Positions 34,869 through 51,575 of a DNA stretch of 64,000 nucleotides are shown piece by piece. Location: NCBI GenBank assembly GCA_000182565.2, contig KQ257453.1; one strand, 5' to 3'. The notes beneath the pieces were generated by a model. It saw only the letters and a program-made list of their open reading frames with translations. It did no database searches and was not told where the DNA came from. Position numbers and translations under genes: made by a program. Every line of letters starts with the position of its first letter. Positions within the stretch are counted from its first letter, which is position 1. Source of the DNA: Spizellomyces punctatus DAOM BR117 (taxonomy: Eukaryota).

Positions 34869-37733
34869 ATGGAGTCCCGTCAACACGTAGTGTTGCCTCC
34901 AGACCGGTATCCAGTCACAATCATCACTCTACGCGTCGATGCAGGGCAAAATGTCCAGAAGGATGATGTCCTGGGTATTTATGAATACCAAGGTACAGTC
35001 ATGGTCAAGGATCGCGAATCTCAACAGGAAAGGCCGGTGCAGAAAAGAGTGAAAGAGGAATTGCGATCACAGTGGACAGGCAGAATCGATAAAGTAGCCG
35101 TGCAACCAGGGCAGACGGTGACAGATCCACGGTATGTTGACTGAAAACAAAAAATGGTGGAATCCAGTTTTTACCAATAATAGTTTAGAAAAGGGCTGGA
35201 TCAACTCTGCGGGGAGCTCATAATACTGTCTTTTTGGTGTAGGGAACCATTAGCGATAGTTGTGGAGCCATGCGGACATCTCATTCAAGTCCGTGGAATT
35301 TGCGCAACATGCGGAAAGGACTTGAGCATAGGCGACTACATGGGAAATGATATGACCCGAGCGACAATCAATATGGCGCACGATGCTCTTGGAGTTACAG
35401 TCAGTCGTGATGTGAGTGGCTATAATGTTGACACGCTCGCATTTTGTAAATGCATGTTAATCCCAAAGGTCAGGTAGCCGAAAAACTTGACAAGGATACA
35501 TCAGAGCGTTTGCTGAAGGAACGAAAGCTGACCCTTATCCTCGATCTTGACCAAACCGTCGTCCACGCAACCGTGGACTCTACTGTAAGAGAATGGAAAG
35601 CCGATCCATCAAATCCTAATTACCCATTCTTACAGGTAAGCACAGTAAGTGGAACGGGCCAGAGCCCTCAATTCTGACATGGGAATGCACACAAGGACGT
35701 ACACGTATTTGGCATACCGCACTATCAGACGCACTACGTTAAGCTACGGTAAGTGGGCCATCTCGTCACCGAATGCCGGTCCGCCTAGGACTAAACGCGC
35801 TCATAAAAGACCAGGCACCCGGGAATTTCTTGCCGATATGAATAAAATTTTTGAAATGCATATTTACACTATGGGATCTCGTGCCTACGCGAACAAAATA
35901 GCTGAAATTATCGATCCTGACCGTACTTTATTTAAGAATCGCATCCTCTCGCGCGATGAAAATCTCAGTAAGTTCACGTTCGTATGAACATGGCAGAAGT
36001 ATGTAGAAGTTAAACCCGCTCTGTGCAGGCCGCTCGTTCAAGAGCATCCAAAGACTCTTCCCTAGCGATCAGTCCATGGTTGTGGTTCTGGACGATCGCT
36101 CCGATGTGTGGCACTGGTCCCCTAACTTATACAAAATCCTACCATGTATGTGTTCAACGGTTTGAGCACCTCTCCTCATCCTGCCTAACATTTCTGCTTC
36201 CGCAGTTACATTTTTTGTGGGCACGGGAGATATCAATGCGCTCCCGACAGATCCACCGCCAGCGCAGGTACAAACTTTCTCAATTTTCGTATCACTCAAC
36301 ATTACCACGTTGACCTTTCTTCTCACAGCAGCGAAGGCCCTCATTAAATGCTGGAGGTCTCAACTCAGGTCCTGATGAAAAGAGCGATGAGGTGGAGGAA
36401 GTAGAAGAATCTCAAGAGGTCCTGGCTCAGCTGGAAGATGCCCAACACCATGCACTTGAGGAATTGGAAAAGAATCGGCCCTTACAAAAGTTAAGCGAGG
36501 AGACGGAAAAGGATGAAGAGACGGAGCCGATGAATATTGATGAATCGCGAGCTGGTGCGGAGCAAGCCACTCCCACATCTGTGACTCAACCTCCAGCGGA
36601 CCATCAAGGGCAGAGTCCCAGAACGCAACGACGGCGACCTGTGCTTTCCGAAAACGATCGTGAACTCGACAGGGTGAAGCAAGTGCTGCTAGACGTCCAC
36701 AAGATGTTCTATGATGTGCAGGATAAAGAGCATGCGGCACCGGACGTGCGTAAGATAATGTCACAGGCAAAATCAGAAGTATTACAAGGGGTGAAGGTTG
36801 TCTTCAGTCTTGTCTTTCCAACAAATGTGGACCCATCCACGTACGTTACCATTATGCATTGTTTTGCTGAAGTAAGTAGTTCCCTACACTCATCCGAACA
36901 ATTAGGCAGGATTTATGGCTTGGGGCCGAGCATTTTGGAGCGAGATGTTCCTTGGAACTTACAGATGATGTTACGCATGTCGTAACTGTTGAGGTGAGTT
37001 TGTGCTACCTCATCAATGGAAACACGTCGGTTCTGAAGGCTTATAGGATTGTAGCAAACTGATGGTAGTAGAAGCGACAAAGTGAAGCGGGCGCGTCAAA
37101 TGCCGGGAGTGTTCGTAGTGAAGCCAGAATGGTAAGCTTTTGTTGGACGAGTCTGTGGATGTGACTACGGCCGCTAATGGTATCGTTGCAGGCTAGTACA
37201 TTCTATCAGTCGCTGGGAACGCCAGAAAGAAGCAGGGTACCTTTTGGAGAAAGTCTGCAGGGGTCCACCCCCTTCCATCGAAACCGCGGGAATGTCCGAG
37301 TTGGATGAAGATGATGAGGCAATATTGTCAGGCCGATGGGAACATGAAAACGACATATACCTGAAACTAGGCCATGACGATATTGAAGCCATGAACAGGG
37401 AGATCGAGGACGCATTGGCGGATGATTCTACAGAAGAGGGTGATGGTGACGCTAGCCAACAGTCTGATTTCGACCTGGACGCGGCGTTAGATGCCGAATT
37501 TGACGCGTTATTGGAGGAAGATGATACGCAGGAGAGCGTGAAGAAGCGAACATCCGACGAAGCAGGACTGAACCGGTAAGGACGCCTTGGGTAAAACTAG
37601 ATTATAACTTGATGCTCAAATATTACGCGTGTTCTCTCTCTGTAGACTCCGGGAACCAACATCTCCACCAAGTCCGTCGTCTCTTCCACCGACGAAAAAA
37701 ACGAGAACGGACGACGCAGATATCATAAAATAA
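34869..37733 (+). CDS. FCP1: RNA polymerase II CTD phosphatase Fcp1, multi-exon
   Basis: EPCGH...CATCG, LILDLDQTVVHAT (DxDxT motif), MHIYTMGSRAYA, RILSRDE, VVVLDDRSDVW, BRCT-like region, acidic tail. Confidence 0.93.
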
Positions 37734-37984
37734 TCTTCCCAGTGATGGCTGCGCTTTAATGGGGCATCGATGAAATGGTCGGGTCATACAACGATGAATG
37801 ATGCCAGCCGTTGTGGATGGATGGAGATCGGAAACGGTTTTGATCACCGTGGTGTGACTGTACAGTTGTATATTGCTTAATTTGATGGGCGGGTGACGCC
37901 TGTATACCAATGGAGCGTCCTGCGGACACTTTAGAGATTGCCGCTCTGGCTGAATGAATGTAATAGCGGTCGATAGTGATGCTG

Positions 37985-39506
37985 TCAGGGGGTTGACCGG
38001 TCAGGAATGAAAACCTTGAGCGCTTCCCTCACGGCAGCTTCATCTCCTTGAAATTTTCCTTTGTCGTCACTCAGTTTTACGACATGCCTACCATTGCATT
38101 CATACAGTTTGATGACGATATTCATGGGCCTGCTCTTGGTCCCATGGCTTTTGACTCGAAAGTTATTTGTAAAGTGTGTCCCAATGCCAAAGCTCACTTC
38201 TGGAGTTCCAACTTTCCGCTGTCGTTGTATCCCCCTGACGTAACTTTCCAATTCCAATGCCTTCTGCACCGTCAAGGCATCGGAGAAGACGATCAATTTC
38301 TTGGCCGGGTCGATATTAAGCTTCTCATAATGTTTAATGATTGCAAGCACGAATTCACGGGGATCGCCAGAGTCCTGACGGACAGCGGTGTAAGATTCGG
38401 CAAGTGGCTCATCAAAGTCGCGAAGAAATGCAGCAGTCCCGAATGTATCCGTCAAGGCCGTTCCAAAATACGTAGGGTAAAAACGGCGCCAGATCCGCAA
38501 CGCGTTGCCGTTTGCGTGAAACAAGTCATTTTCAAGGACTGAAGAAATCGCAACCAGATAATGAGCATTTTGGTTGGAAGAGAGGATTATGTTTAGAGAT
38601 TCGCCGTTCATTTCTTACCTGAAATTGCCATTGTCCATTCATGTGCCACGGTACCAATTGGGTTGAGATCATACTTCATGGCAAAATACACATTGCTCGT
38701 TCCCAGCAGCACTCCCCTCTCTTCTCGTGGAACCCGATCACAGCCTGGTTGGTCCGCCCCATGAGTTGATCCATTTAATTCCTCATTGACCTTCGTTAGG
38801 GATTCCACAACCACCCTTTGAACCTCCCTTGATCTCCGCCGCCTGGTCCCAAATTCTGTAAACTTGCATCCGCCGAGTATCAATTGGCGAGCATCCGCCT
38901 CTGCCTGCTCGTCTTGTCCTTCCATATCCCAATCCGTTTCCACAAATTCAAAATAGGTTTCACTAACTAGAGCAAGAATTGGCACTTCGTAGAGTATCGT
39001 GTCAAGCCAGGGTCCTTTTATCCATATCTCAAGTGCGCCTGATGATGAAAGCGACATTTGGATATGCGCCTTTGGGTTATAGCGGAACACTGAGAGATAG
39101 TCGAGATATTTGGATGTGAAGAATGGGCACTTGCGTTCCAAGAATGTGCGTTCATCGGGTGTAAGAGCGAGATCTGCCAAAGCTAACAGGGAAAGTGGCA
39201 TGAGATGTTGCATCTTTTTTCTGACTTATTCAAAACTCAAAGTCTGGTATACGACACGTATTTTCAACACCAGTAGCGTTGATCAACATTACCTTCTATT
39301 CTTTTCGTTAAAATCTCATACGCTTCCTTTGTATACCGGTGCTCTTGTGGTGACCGGTTCCTGAACTGATAGGTTACGTTGACATCAGGATAGAGACTGA
39401 GGACGGCTTGTTGCATAGAAAACTTGTACAGATCATTGTCCAGAATAGAGTCTACCGAGGATATCCTCCGCGAGACGCTCGGCACTTGGTTCATATCTTT
39501 TGTCAT
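37985..39506 (-). CDS. NPT1: Nicotinate phosphoribosyltransferase, multi-exon
   Basis: SILDNDLYKFSMQQAV, TILYEVPILALVSE, EFGTRRRRS, GTSNV, PIGTVAHEW, VRQDSGDP, FGIGTHFTN, VKLSDDKGK. Confidence 0.95.
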
Positions 39507-39650
39507 TCGTCGTCGAGCTTTTTGCGATTTCGTTCACAGTTGAACTTCGTCATCGGAGGGCGCAGCGGATGCGCGTCAAAGCCACACCAGGTATGTCAGC
39601 AAAAAGCAGACCTTTGGGATCATCAACAAACAAGGCCGATAAATAACACT

Positions 39651-40540
39651 ATGCCACCAAAGAAGAAGCCGGGTACGGCAGGCGTCAAGAAAAAGACCAA
39701 GGAAAAAGGGTCTTCCGGTAAGACTTGCCGTCTTATTTCGCTCCATGGAGACGTTCAAGTGACTTTAAATATCGTTGCTTAAAGACAAGCAACAAGAATC
39801 CTTCGATGTGACAGAAAAGCTTGTAAAAGCCAATGTGGAAATCGATGCCCTCGTTCGAGAGCTTGGTACGTACCATTTCACGTACATTCTGCAACACAGA
39901 CACATTACTGAATTGCGATGCAGCCCTCCAGACAGACCTGAACAGTCGATTGAAGATGCAGATGGACCAACAAAAAGCACGAATAGCACATTTGGAGGAC
40001 CAGCTTGAGAAAAAGTCAAAGGATCGTTTGGACTTGACGTCAGATATGGGCCGGCAGTACAAATCCATGCAGGCGGAAATGTCTTCCCGAATTGTCACGT
40101 TGGAGAGTCAGGTTGCAGACTTGAATACAAAACTGAGTATGCAGATACTTCCACGGTGATCGATGATGGACTTCTCACATTACGCTTTCTTATATAGCTG
40201 CTGCTCAGACGGCATTGCAAGATGCCGCTCGCGATCACGAACGCGTTCTAGCCGCAAAAGAAACGGCCATCGAAGACCAACAAGTCAAGATGTCTTACAT
40301 GTCAGCGGAGTTTGAATCCATGCTGAATGTACATATTGTCCTCTAAGTTGTTAAAATGCGTTTACAGCAACTCATAATGGTCATTTTTTGCAGGAAACTT
40401 TGGCCAAAATGGCCAAGAAGCTCGAATCCGTCAGTCAACGATGGAAGGAGAGCGATAACATACACCTCTCAGATGTTAACCAACGTCGGCTGGCCGACTT
40501 TCATTTGACGAGGTTGACACTGGGAAAGACTGATGGTTAA
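39651..40540 (+). CDS. CCDC153: CCDC153/DRC12-like flagellar coiled-coil protein, multi-exon
   Basis: MPPKKK N-terminus, coiled coil with DLTSDMGRQYKSMQAEM, MSAEFESMLN/ETLAKMAKKL...QRW, which resembles the family as I recall it. Confidence 0.7.
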
Positions 40541-41321
40541 ACGACAATGTGTGCAATATACCGTCCGCTGTTTGACAGGATATGGAGGGTGAAGGCGATT
40601 GATTGTATGCAGAAGTGATACTTAGTTTGATTTAATTGTTGGGAACGGATATTAGGTAACAACGCACACCTCGTATCTAAATGAGTTGATATTGATGGAG
40701 CGGACCTTCTCGGCTACTCTGTTGCAATAGGTGAGAGATGATCATGTTCGAAGATAAAGTGTACTATTTAGACAAGGAACGACCGAAATGAAAGCCAATG
40801 TCAGCTGTTCACACCATCAAATTGATTGCCATCCACCTTTCCAAAAGAATTCGAGCTATTGTTCCGGCTGATCTCTTATTGTTGAAGCTACCCAATCAAA
40901 TAATGTGAACCTCAAATCATGCGAGATCGACGAATCGGTGTCCGTCTGCGGACCAGTGTTAACATCTGGTCGCCTGTAAAAATCTATCAACACCGCCTGA
41001 AATGGAATGTTGCTTTATGATCGACTGTACCTAAGAATTGTTTAATCACAAAGTCTTGCAGCTTTGCTCCATGCAAGATTGAGGCCAAACCGTAACGCAG
41101 AATGTTGAACGTTTGCAGCCTGGATGTGGTCGGCACAAAGAGAAAAGTTACCAGATTCCAAAGACCGACGCGATCACCAAATTTACTACCTTCGCAGGTC
41201 TGCCAACCGCCGATCTCCATATCCAGCATCATCCGTATCGGCATTTACAATAGGTTTATTACATTGGCTGGCCACACCTATCTCCCTATTCACAAGCTAG
41301 TCCAGCTTAGTACCAAGGAAT

Positions 41322-43056
41322 ATGTCGCTTGAAGCCAGTGAATCGGAGACTACAGAGGTTAGAACACTCAAGAGGCCCAAGCGAAAGGTGAGAGTACAAA
41401 GTCAACGACAACGCCCAGGTGTAGGACTCACTCTATAAAAGGTGGCAATTCTCTTTGGATATGATGGCAAAGACTTTGCTGGTTTACAACAGTATGAATA
41501 CCAAGTGATAATTGGCCGCCAGGCATGGCGTTTAACAGTATTCTAGACAGCCGAAATCCCAGTCTGTCACTACCATTGAAGACCTGCTACTTGGAGCACT
41601 TGTTGAAGTCGGGGCCATTTCGGTTGATAACGGCACAAACGTGGAAAAGAACTCTTGGACACGTTCCGGGCGGACAGATCGCGGTGTGAGTGCGTAAGTA
41701 TCTACCGACGTTTGGACATGGATACGCCCTTTCGCCGTAGTAATTGCCTACCGCAGGGCACGCCAGCTGATCTCGTGCAAAATCATGTTGGAAGATCCTA
41801 GGGCGATGGTCCAAAAGCTCAACGCAGTGCTTCCATCCGACATCCGAGTATGGGGTAAGAAATCGTATCAAAGCCCTTAGTTAGAACAACACGCTAACTA
41901 CCTCAGATATCATTCCCACCCCAAAAAACTTCAACGCTCGTCGCACATGCGACAGCAGAAAGTACGAATATGCCCTACCCACCTATGTGTTCCGAGATCC
42001 ACCTCCCGCTGCATATTACGGTCCAAACAGCGAAGCACCACCTTTACCTGTCAGCGATGAAGATATCACAATGATACAACTTCCCATCTCGCAGCCAACA
42101 CTCGAAGACATAGACTGTGACCGTCGCTTTCGCGCAACTGCGGAGCAGATCGCAACGTTCCGAGCCATAATGACCTCCTTTCAAGGTGTTCACAATTTTC
42201 ACAATTTCACACTTGGAAGGTCATTCAAGGACAAAGCTTCTGTTCGACGCATGATTCAAATTCAGGTGACGAATGCGTTCCACGCAATGCCTTGTACAGC
42301 TGTTCATTCTTTTGTAGGTGCTAGACCCAGAGGTGCACGATGGGGTTGAGTGGCTAAGAGTACGCCTTCATGGTCAATCATTTATGCTTCATCAAATTCG
42401 AAAAATGATTGGTCGGTTGCCGGTGCTGATAGTACTTGATAGCATGAACTTAGGCTTTTCTCTTCAATGCAGGTCTCGCTAGTTTGATGGTGCGCACGCA
42501 GACCCCAATCAGTATCATTCCAGAAACTTTGACTTCTGTGAAGTTGAACATTCCGAAAGCCCCAGGGACTGGTCTTCTCATGGATGAGGTGTAAAACATA
42601 ACGTTGGACGCATCTAAGCAAGAATGAAACCAAACTAATGCATATGATATCAAGCCACTTTTCCAGTCATATAACACGGCCGACAAGCGACGAATAGAGT
42701 CCGGAAAGGACCCGATCGACTTTAGTCTCGCCGCGGAAGACATTGAAAAATTCAAACAGCATATATTGGCAGGAATACGTCAAGATGAAATGGTCAATCA
42801 TAGGTGCGTCCGATCTGCATACATGATATCTGCCGTGACGTTGACGCTATCTTGCACCAGATTTGGGCGCTGGGCACGGTTTATAGATTCCTATTCATTT
42901 ACGTTTGCCACCTATCTGAACCGGGACGGCATTGTCCGTCCGTGCTATATACTAGGTTTACCTTTACGAGATAGCTCCGTAGATATTAAAGATGTGGTTG
43001 ATGTGGGGAATGGGGATGATGGTCAGCAGTGTGATGAACAAGACCAAAACGACTGA
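41322..43056 (+). CDS. PUS1: tRNA pseudouridine synthase (TruA/Pus1 family), multi-exon; start uncertain
   Basis: [33 protein letters not shown] with catalytic Asp, [42 protein letters not shown]. Confidence 0.85.
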
Positions 43057-43550
43057 AACCTCCCAATATTGCTGATGTAATTACAAAACTAAGCACTGGA
43101 ACCACATTTTCCACCATCCAAAAGCGAATTGCAAGTGGGACCTCCAAATGCAAACAAGGGCCCCGTTCGCAGTGAATTTTCTTTTCTTGCAATCAGGCCA
43201 TTCTTTTAGGATTTGTTCATCGGTAACCTGCAGCAAAGTCACGCATAGGTCCCCGACTCTAGTGGTCTGCAAGAGCATTTGTCAGTCCTGCCTAGATTCA
43301 CGATCAGTTGTTTGTCGTACCCCTTGTTGCAGACGGTATCGTTGACAAGATTGTTTACCATTCGAACTACGTGTCAAAATCGAAAACGTGGTAGTGTTTG
43401 CGGTCCCAGGCTTCCACTTCATATTGCGAGTCTTGGCCCCTTCCCCTTAGCTCCTGCTGCGCTTCGCTCGCATCGTTGAACAACAAAAAAGACCTGCCGA
43501 TCCTTGCATTTAAAACCTACCAAGAATTTGTTTTTTGGAAAGATACCAAT

Positions 43551-46135
<2,585 letters not shown>

Positions 46136-47240
46136 TAAAACGAGCCGGAGGTGCTTTCAGTACCTGAACACCCGCAAGTGCCCCAAACGTTGACAGTAAC
46201 GACGCTAAGAATGAAATCTAGTGCAGGGTATCCGGCAACACAGAAAATTTATAGTCCAGTTGGGCACTTAATTTGTAAAAAGCACGAAAAACCATCATGT
46301 CTAAGGGACAGGTAAGGAAAGAAGGGCATAGAAAACAAGAAATCATCATGGCGTGTACTCGGGGACATTTAAACAGGCAGCGGTTGTACACCAACTATCT
46401 CCAGGAAGCTCGTGGTTTCAATGCCTACTACTGGACTTGACGTCGCGCATATGGAGGAAAATTTAACCTCCAAACTGTGGGAGGTATGCTAGGGATGGTG
46501 CCAAGAGAACTGAGTAACGAACGAGCGAGAGGCAAACTCGTATGTTATTCCAAATTTCTCTTCTGGATGGTAGCTGATGTTAAGGTTGGGGTCCCCGATC
46601 GCCTGAAATGTAGGAGGTTCGGTGTATAGCTTGTGTTCAAACACTTTTTGCTGTGTAAGATTTTAATAACTATATTCCTTTAAGCCATTCCCGTCCATGT
46701 ATCTATCAGCATGTGAATGTTCGCCTGGAGATCTGTTGACATCCGCTAGGACGCTAGCTGGTGGGAAGGTACATACCGTTTCTTTGTGATGGCGAATGAG
46801 ACGGTTAGATATGTTCTGTGCCTACCATATACCCTTTTATGAGCGCCTAATGACATACAGATCTTCATTTGTGCTGATATGCGATAACACACTAGCAAAA
46901 ATGCATATTCACACTCAGTTGTTCCTCCATATAGGATGATGACCAATGAAAGAACTTTATCTAAACGCAGCGTTTTATTAAATTGGGGGTTCTCAGCCCA
47001 AAGCTTTCTTTCATTTATGCGCCGAGTCTCCTATCCAGGAAAAGTTCATTCGTTGGTATTTCGCAGGCCAGCACACTTACGCTATGACGAGGAAAGCTTT
47101 GCGACCTGGTACGCGGCATCCGTTCCCATTACCTAATCTTGCAATGCACGTGATTGGGTTCAAGGGCCGCATGAGGGGAATGGACGTTGTCTAGTTGGAA
47201 GCGTGCTGATCTCTCCTTGGATGTGCAGCCAAGTCGGACA

Positions 47241-47882
47241 ATGTGGGCTCCTCTCCGAGTACGGCTAGCCTTTACTTCGCATAGACTAGTACGAGATAGG
47301 ACTGTCTTACGATCTTATGGCCATACATCTACCGAGTCTTTAACGCCAAATGTTGCGAGGTTGCCCTCGACAGTCGACGTCGGAACAAGGTTTGAAGAAG
47401 ACACCCTCCGTTGTCTATCCCGTTATGGCATAGACTTACGTCGAGTCGGGGGCGCAGACGACAAGGGGGTCGATCTTCGCGGACGTTGGAGGCTTCCAAA
47501 GGAGGGTGGTGTGGACCCAGCACTGTCATCACCTGGCCATCACGGTGGATTTCTCGAGTTCCCAATTATCGTACAGTGCAAAAAGGAGCGAACAAAGCTT
47601 GGACCAAAATATTTTCGCGAACTGGAGGGCACCCTTGCGCGTGAATCACCTAATACGATTGCCCTGTTGGCATCTAGTGAAGGGTTTTCAACTAAAGCGG
47701 TGGACCTATTATTTGCTTCCAGAGTGCCCCTTGCACTGGCTGTTATCAATTCGGACCGGATCTGTGTGCGATTGGCGTTGAATCGGGCACTGCAGGAACT
47801 AGTACCTGGTCTGATGGTTTACAAGAATCAGTCAAACGAGCTCACGGTATGGTACCGAAATAAAAGCTTGACGTCAATCTAG
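47241..47882 (+). CDS. RRG7: RRG7/DUF2034-like PD-(D/E)XK restriction-endonuclease-fold protein, probably mitochondrial
   Basis: Arg-rich presequence-like N-terminus, GTRFEE, VGGADDKGVDLRGRW, IIVQCK, GPKYFRELEG. Confidence 0.75.
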   Translation: MWAPLRVRLAFTSHRLVRDRTVLRSYGHTSTESLTPNVARLPSTVDVGTRFEEDTLRCLSRYGIDLRRVGGADDKGVDLRGRWRLPKEGGVDPALSSPGHHGGFLEFPIIVQCKKERTKLGPKYFRELEGTLARESPNTIALLASSEGFSTKAVDLLFASRVPLALAVINSDRICVRLALNRALQELVPGLMVYKNQSNELTVWYRNKSLTSI

Positions 47883-48005
47883 CATAAAGAAATTCCAGTC
47901 GTCTTTCCTAATGTCGCTACCAGTTAAGGGAACCCTGACTTTCCACAGAGATGTATCTTCTTATTTGACATGATTTTACGTTTGGCTAATGAGCGTATGC
48001 GTCAT

Positions 48006-51000
48006 CTATGTCCCTTCGTCATCACTCCTTTCATTCCAGTTACGGACACCCCGTGCCCGAAGTTCAAGTTTTTGCAGTTGCTCCTTCTCTCCCTGACTCA
48101 AGTCATCTCTCTCCTTGATAGCTGTAACAGCGTCGACTAAAATACGTCGATTTGCTACAAGGCGTTCCTTTACTTCTAGTTGGCTTTGTGTGGCACGCGC
48201 ACTCTGTTTGACCGGACGCGGCATAATGGATTGTGGAATGACACCTCTCCGGGCATTCCGGCTATCCGTGACGGTTACCGCTACGCCAAAAAAAAACCCC
48301 GTAAGACAAATCTCATCTTTCCAGTAAAACCACGTTTTTCCTTGACATACTTTGAGTAGCAGCGTCTCTTGTATCTGCTGCCTTTTCAGTCCAGAATCGC
48401 ACTTCAGCTTTCAACGTATTACTCATCTCCAACAAATGCGCCTTCTCGTCCGCCATTCGCTGAATATCTGTAACAGCTTCTGCCAACTTTTCTCTCAAGA
48501 TTTTGTTGTCCTGTTGCAGCTTTGTGATTATTTGCATCGAGCCATCTCGGTCGCTCGATCTTCCATTATTGCGATCCCCTATCAGTCGGATGCTGTCGTC
48601 CATCTTCTGATGCAGCTTCTGTTGCTGGTCTACCAATTGGTCAATTAGCGACTGCTTTTGAGTAAGGAGAGTCTGGAGCTTGATCAGCTGTGTATGGAGA
48701 TGAGCAGACTCGTCCAAAAAGTGACTTTCGTCAATTTCCTAAATAAATCTCGTTCAACAATCGCATCTTCGTCCTGACCAAAATCTGCGGGTATACCTTG
48801 CTGTGATGTTGCGGGGCGCTATGAGGGGGGGCTTCCTGTTCCATAAAAGCGTGCTGCATGCTTTCCATGTCGTTTCTCATTTGATGAATTATGTCACTCA
48901 ATTGAGCATTCTAATTGCCATGATGACGTTTTAGTTCGGGAATGGACAGCAAGAAGACCTTGTCCTGGCCAACCTGGGCGCGTAGCTCTTGTACGCGGTG
49001 TCGCAAGACATCAGGATCATGTTCCGCCATTCCTCCCACATCCTGGCTTGATGAATTATAAAAGTCGCTCAGATCGCGCAAATCATGTCCGTGTGACCGC
49101 GTTCTCCCCGTAGCTCTGCTGGAACTCCGATAAGTGATTCCAGTACTGTGTCGATTCGTATGGGCTGGTCCGACTGGAGGCGTAGATGCGGGTCGAGAAT
49201 CCATGTGCGCCTGTTGGAATACACATGTTAAATAACTGGCATGTGGAAGATATGACATCGAACGGAAACGGGGAACCTACATTGATGTTCATTCCGAAAT
49301 CCATAACTGAAGATGAGCGATGTTGTTCTTGCAGGCGGCTTCGTAGTAGCTTTTCGCATTAAAGGACATGAAAATCTGAGCAGAAACCGTTGTAAACCAG
49401 ATGTACTCGCACCTTAACTTGAGCCTCCGCAGCATCTTTCGCTGCAATAAGTGAGCGGACCAGATCATCCTGACTCTGCGTATTCCTTCGTTGAAGATTG
49501 GCCATGCGCTTCTCCCACTCCAACTTTTCTGCAATTCTGTTTCATCAGCATCGGGTGGACGACAACGAGTTGCTGAGGCAGCTACCTACGCTGGTTGAGA
49601 GTGAGCTGAAGGGCTTGCTCTGCCATCAAGCGTTTTGCCACTTCGTCTTTATAAGCCTCTGTTTCTCTTCTGCTGGCACTAAGCGCGGTTTCCAGATCCC
49701 TGATGCATTCTCGCTGCTTTGACATTTCTTGGTCTCGGTGTGCTAACTGGTGCATCGGACAAACATGAGCAATAATCGATCAATCATGACAATTTGTTTT
49801 GGTGGTGGTACCTCGGATTTATACTTTCGAATAATAGCGTCAAGATCGCTCCTTCCTACGTTCATTTCTGCATTTAAAGCTTGGAGCTGTTGATCCTTGC
49901 TCGAGAGTGCCTCCTTTAACTGTCGCAAGCGGCCATCGCTCTCTGATCTGTACGCAGCAAAGTCGTCAACTGCTTTCGCAAGCTGCTCGTGCAGGTGGCT
50001 GACTTGACCGTCAACCAAAGATTTCCTCTGTTCTAAGATCTGAGGAACTTCAAGCTCAGAGCATGTCCAAATGCCGAAACCTCCCGCGCAAATCCACAAA
50101 TACCTTCTTTTCGTCTTCAAAGTCCAGACGCAATCTGGTGCAATTTTCCTCATATTTCTTTGCGGCTTCCGACGCATCAACTTTGGCCTGTTCGTCCGGA
50201 TTACTATTCCATGTTCTTAGACATGGTAACCAGCGAACCCCACCTGTCGCAATTGTTCTTCAAGTTCCGCAATTCTCCCTGTCGTAGCCTTCGCCGTATC
50301 TGCCGCCTCCCATTGCAGTTCACGAACCTTTTTGTCTAAATTGCTAGATCGGCACTCGCCTTAGTAAATACTCATACAACATTTCAGTAAGGTCAAGCAG
50401 TCTATACCGAGTAATCTCCAATTGTTCTTGAAACTTTTTCTCAACACTGTCTCTAGCAAGCTTTACGGCAGTCAACTCGGCGATGGCGGACGCAACACGA
50501 TGCTCGGCTTCAATCAATTGTTGGCTTAAGTTTTGCTTGAAGACTCGCATCTCGATGTCTTGGCTTCTCTTGAGTTGCTCTAATTCAACAGCAAAGGCAT
50601 TTCTATGAAGATACTCTTCAGTTAATATTACATTGCAGATATTCGCTTCATATGAAGACTTACTTTTGCAACTCAATGCCCTGCTGGGCTGTCTTTAGCT
50701 GCAGGTTCAGATCTGCTCGCTGTAATTCAAACTCTTCCGCCCGCGCATTTATCGCATCCTCGTAATGCTGGGTAAGGATCTATGTCGAGACATCACAGAT
50801 GGAACTGGTAAGTCATTCCATCTCATCTGAGTCCAAAAGAGTTCATTCTGAGTAAGATATCACCTCTTTCTCTCGTTGAAGTTTTCGAACCACATCGTGA
50901 TGTTGCTGCTCCTGAGTTTGCAGAAACGATTTCAGGTTCGCCAAAGCGGTGGTCTTTTCATTTAGCAAGATCTTTAATTCGCTTATCCGGCATTCTCTAG

Positions 51001-51378
51001 TGCAGCCTGCCAACATTAGCAGGAACCATTGTAGACTTTCGAATTGTTGTTGGTACCTGTCGTGTACGTCCGTTTGCAAACCGTCGGTTATAGTGTCAGA
51101 TCGCTCGAGTTCTTTGTCGCGTTCCTCCAACAGATTGAGGTTGTAAAGAAAGTCGTCCTGTAAGCTTTTCAACTGGGTTCGCAACTCTTGACACTATGAA
51201 TGATTGTAGGTGAGGCAATGCTAACTGCCCGACAAGTGTCAAAAGGGTTGGGTAACCAACTACCGACCTCGTTCCCCTTCTCCCGCAATTTCTCTTCCAA
51301 GGCGTTATAAAAGTCTCGGAGCTCCTGCTCCCTGTGTGTCAGCAGCTCCTGGAGCCCAATTCCTTTTGCAGTGCCCAT
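48006..51378 (-). CDS. CCDC57: CCDC57-like centriolar coiled-coil protein, multi-exon
   Basis: LQELLTHREQE, LQDDFLYNLNLLEERDKELER, long coiled coils, LLEMSNTLKAE and C-terminal VRNWN, resembling CCDC57 termini as I recall them. Confidence 0.72.
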
Positions 51379-51575
51379 AAGAAAGACTGAAGGAAGTAGA
51401 GGGTGAGGTTGTATGCACAATTTCTGGTTTGCAGATCATGGCAAGGGCTTTGCCAAAAACGCGTCGACAGTGCTGACGTGGGTGGATTCTGATATCTGGA
51501 ATGGAATGTTCCGGTCGGTGGTCACTCAGCTCCATTCAAGTAGATTAGAGCCTGCGGGCGACTGACGAAAATGTA

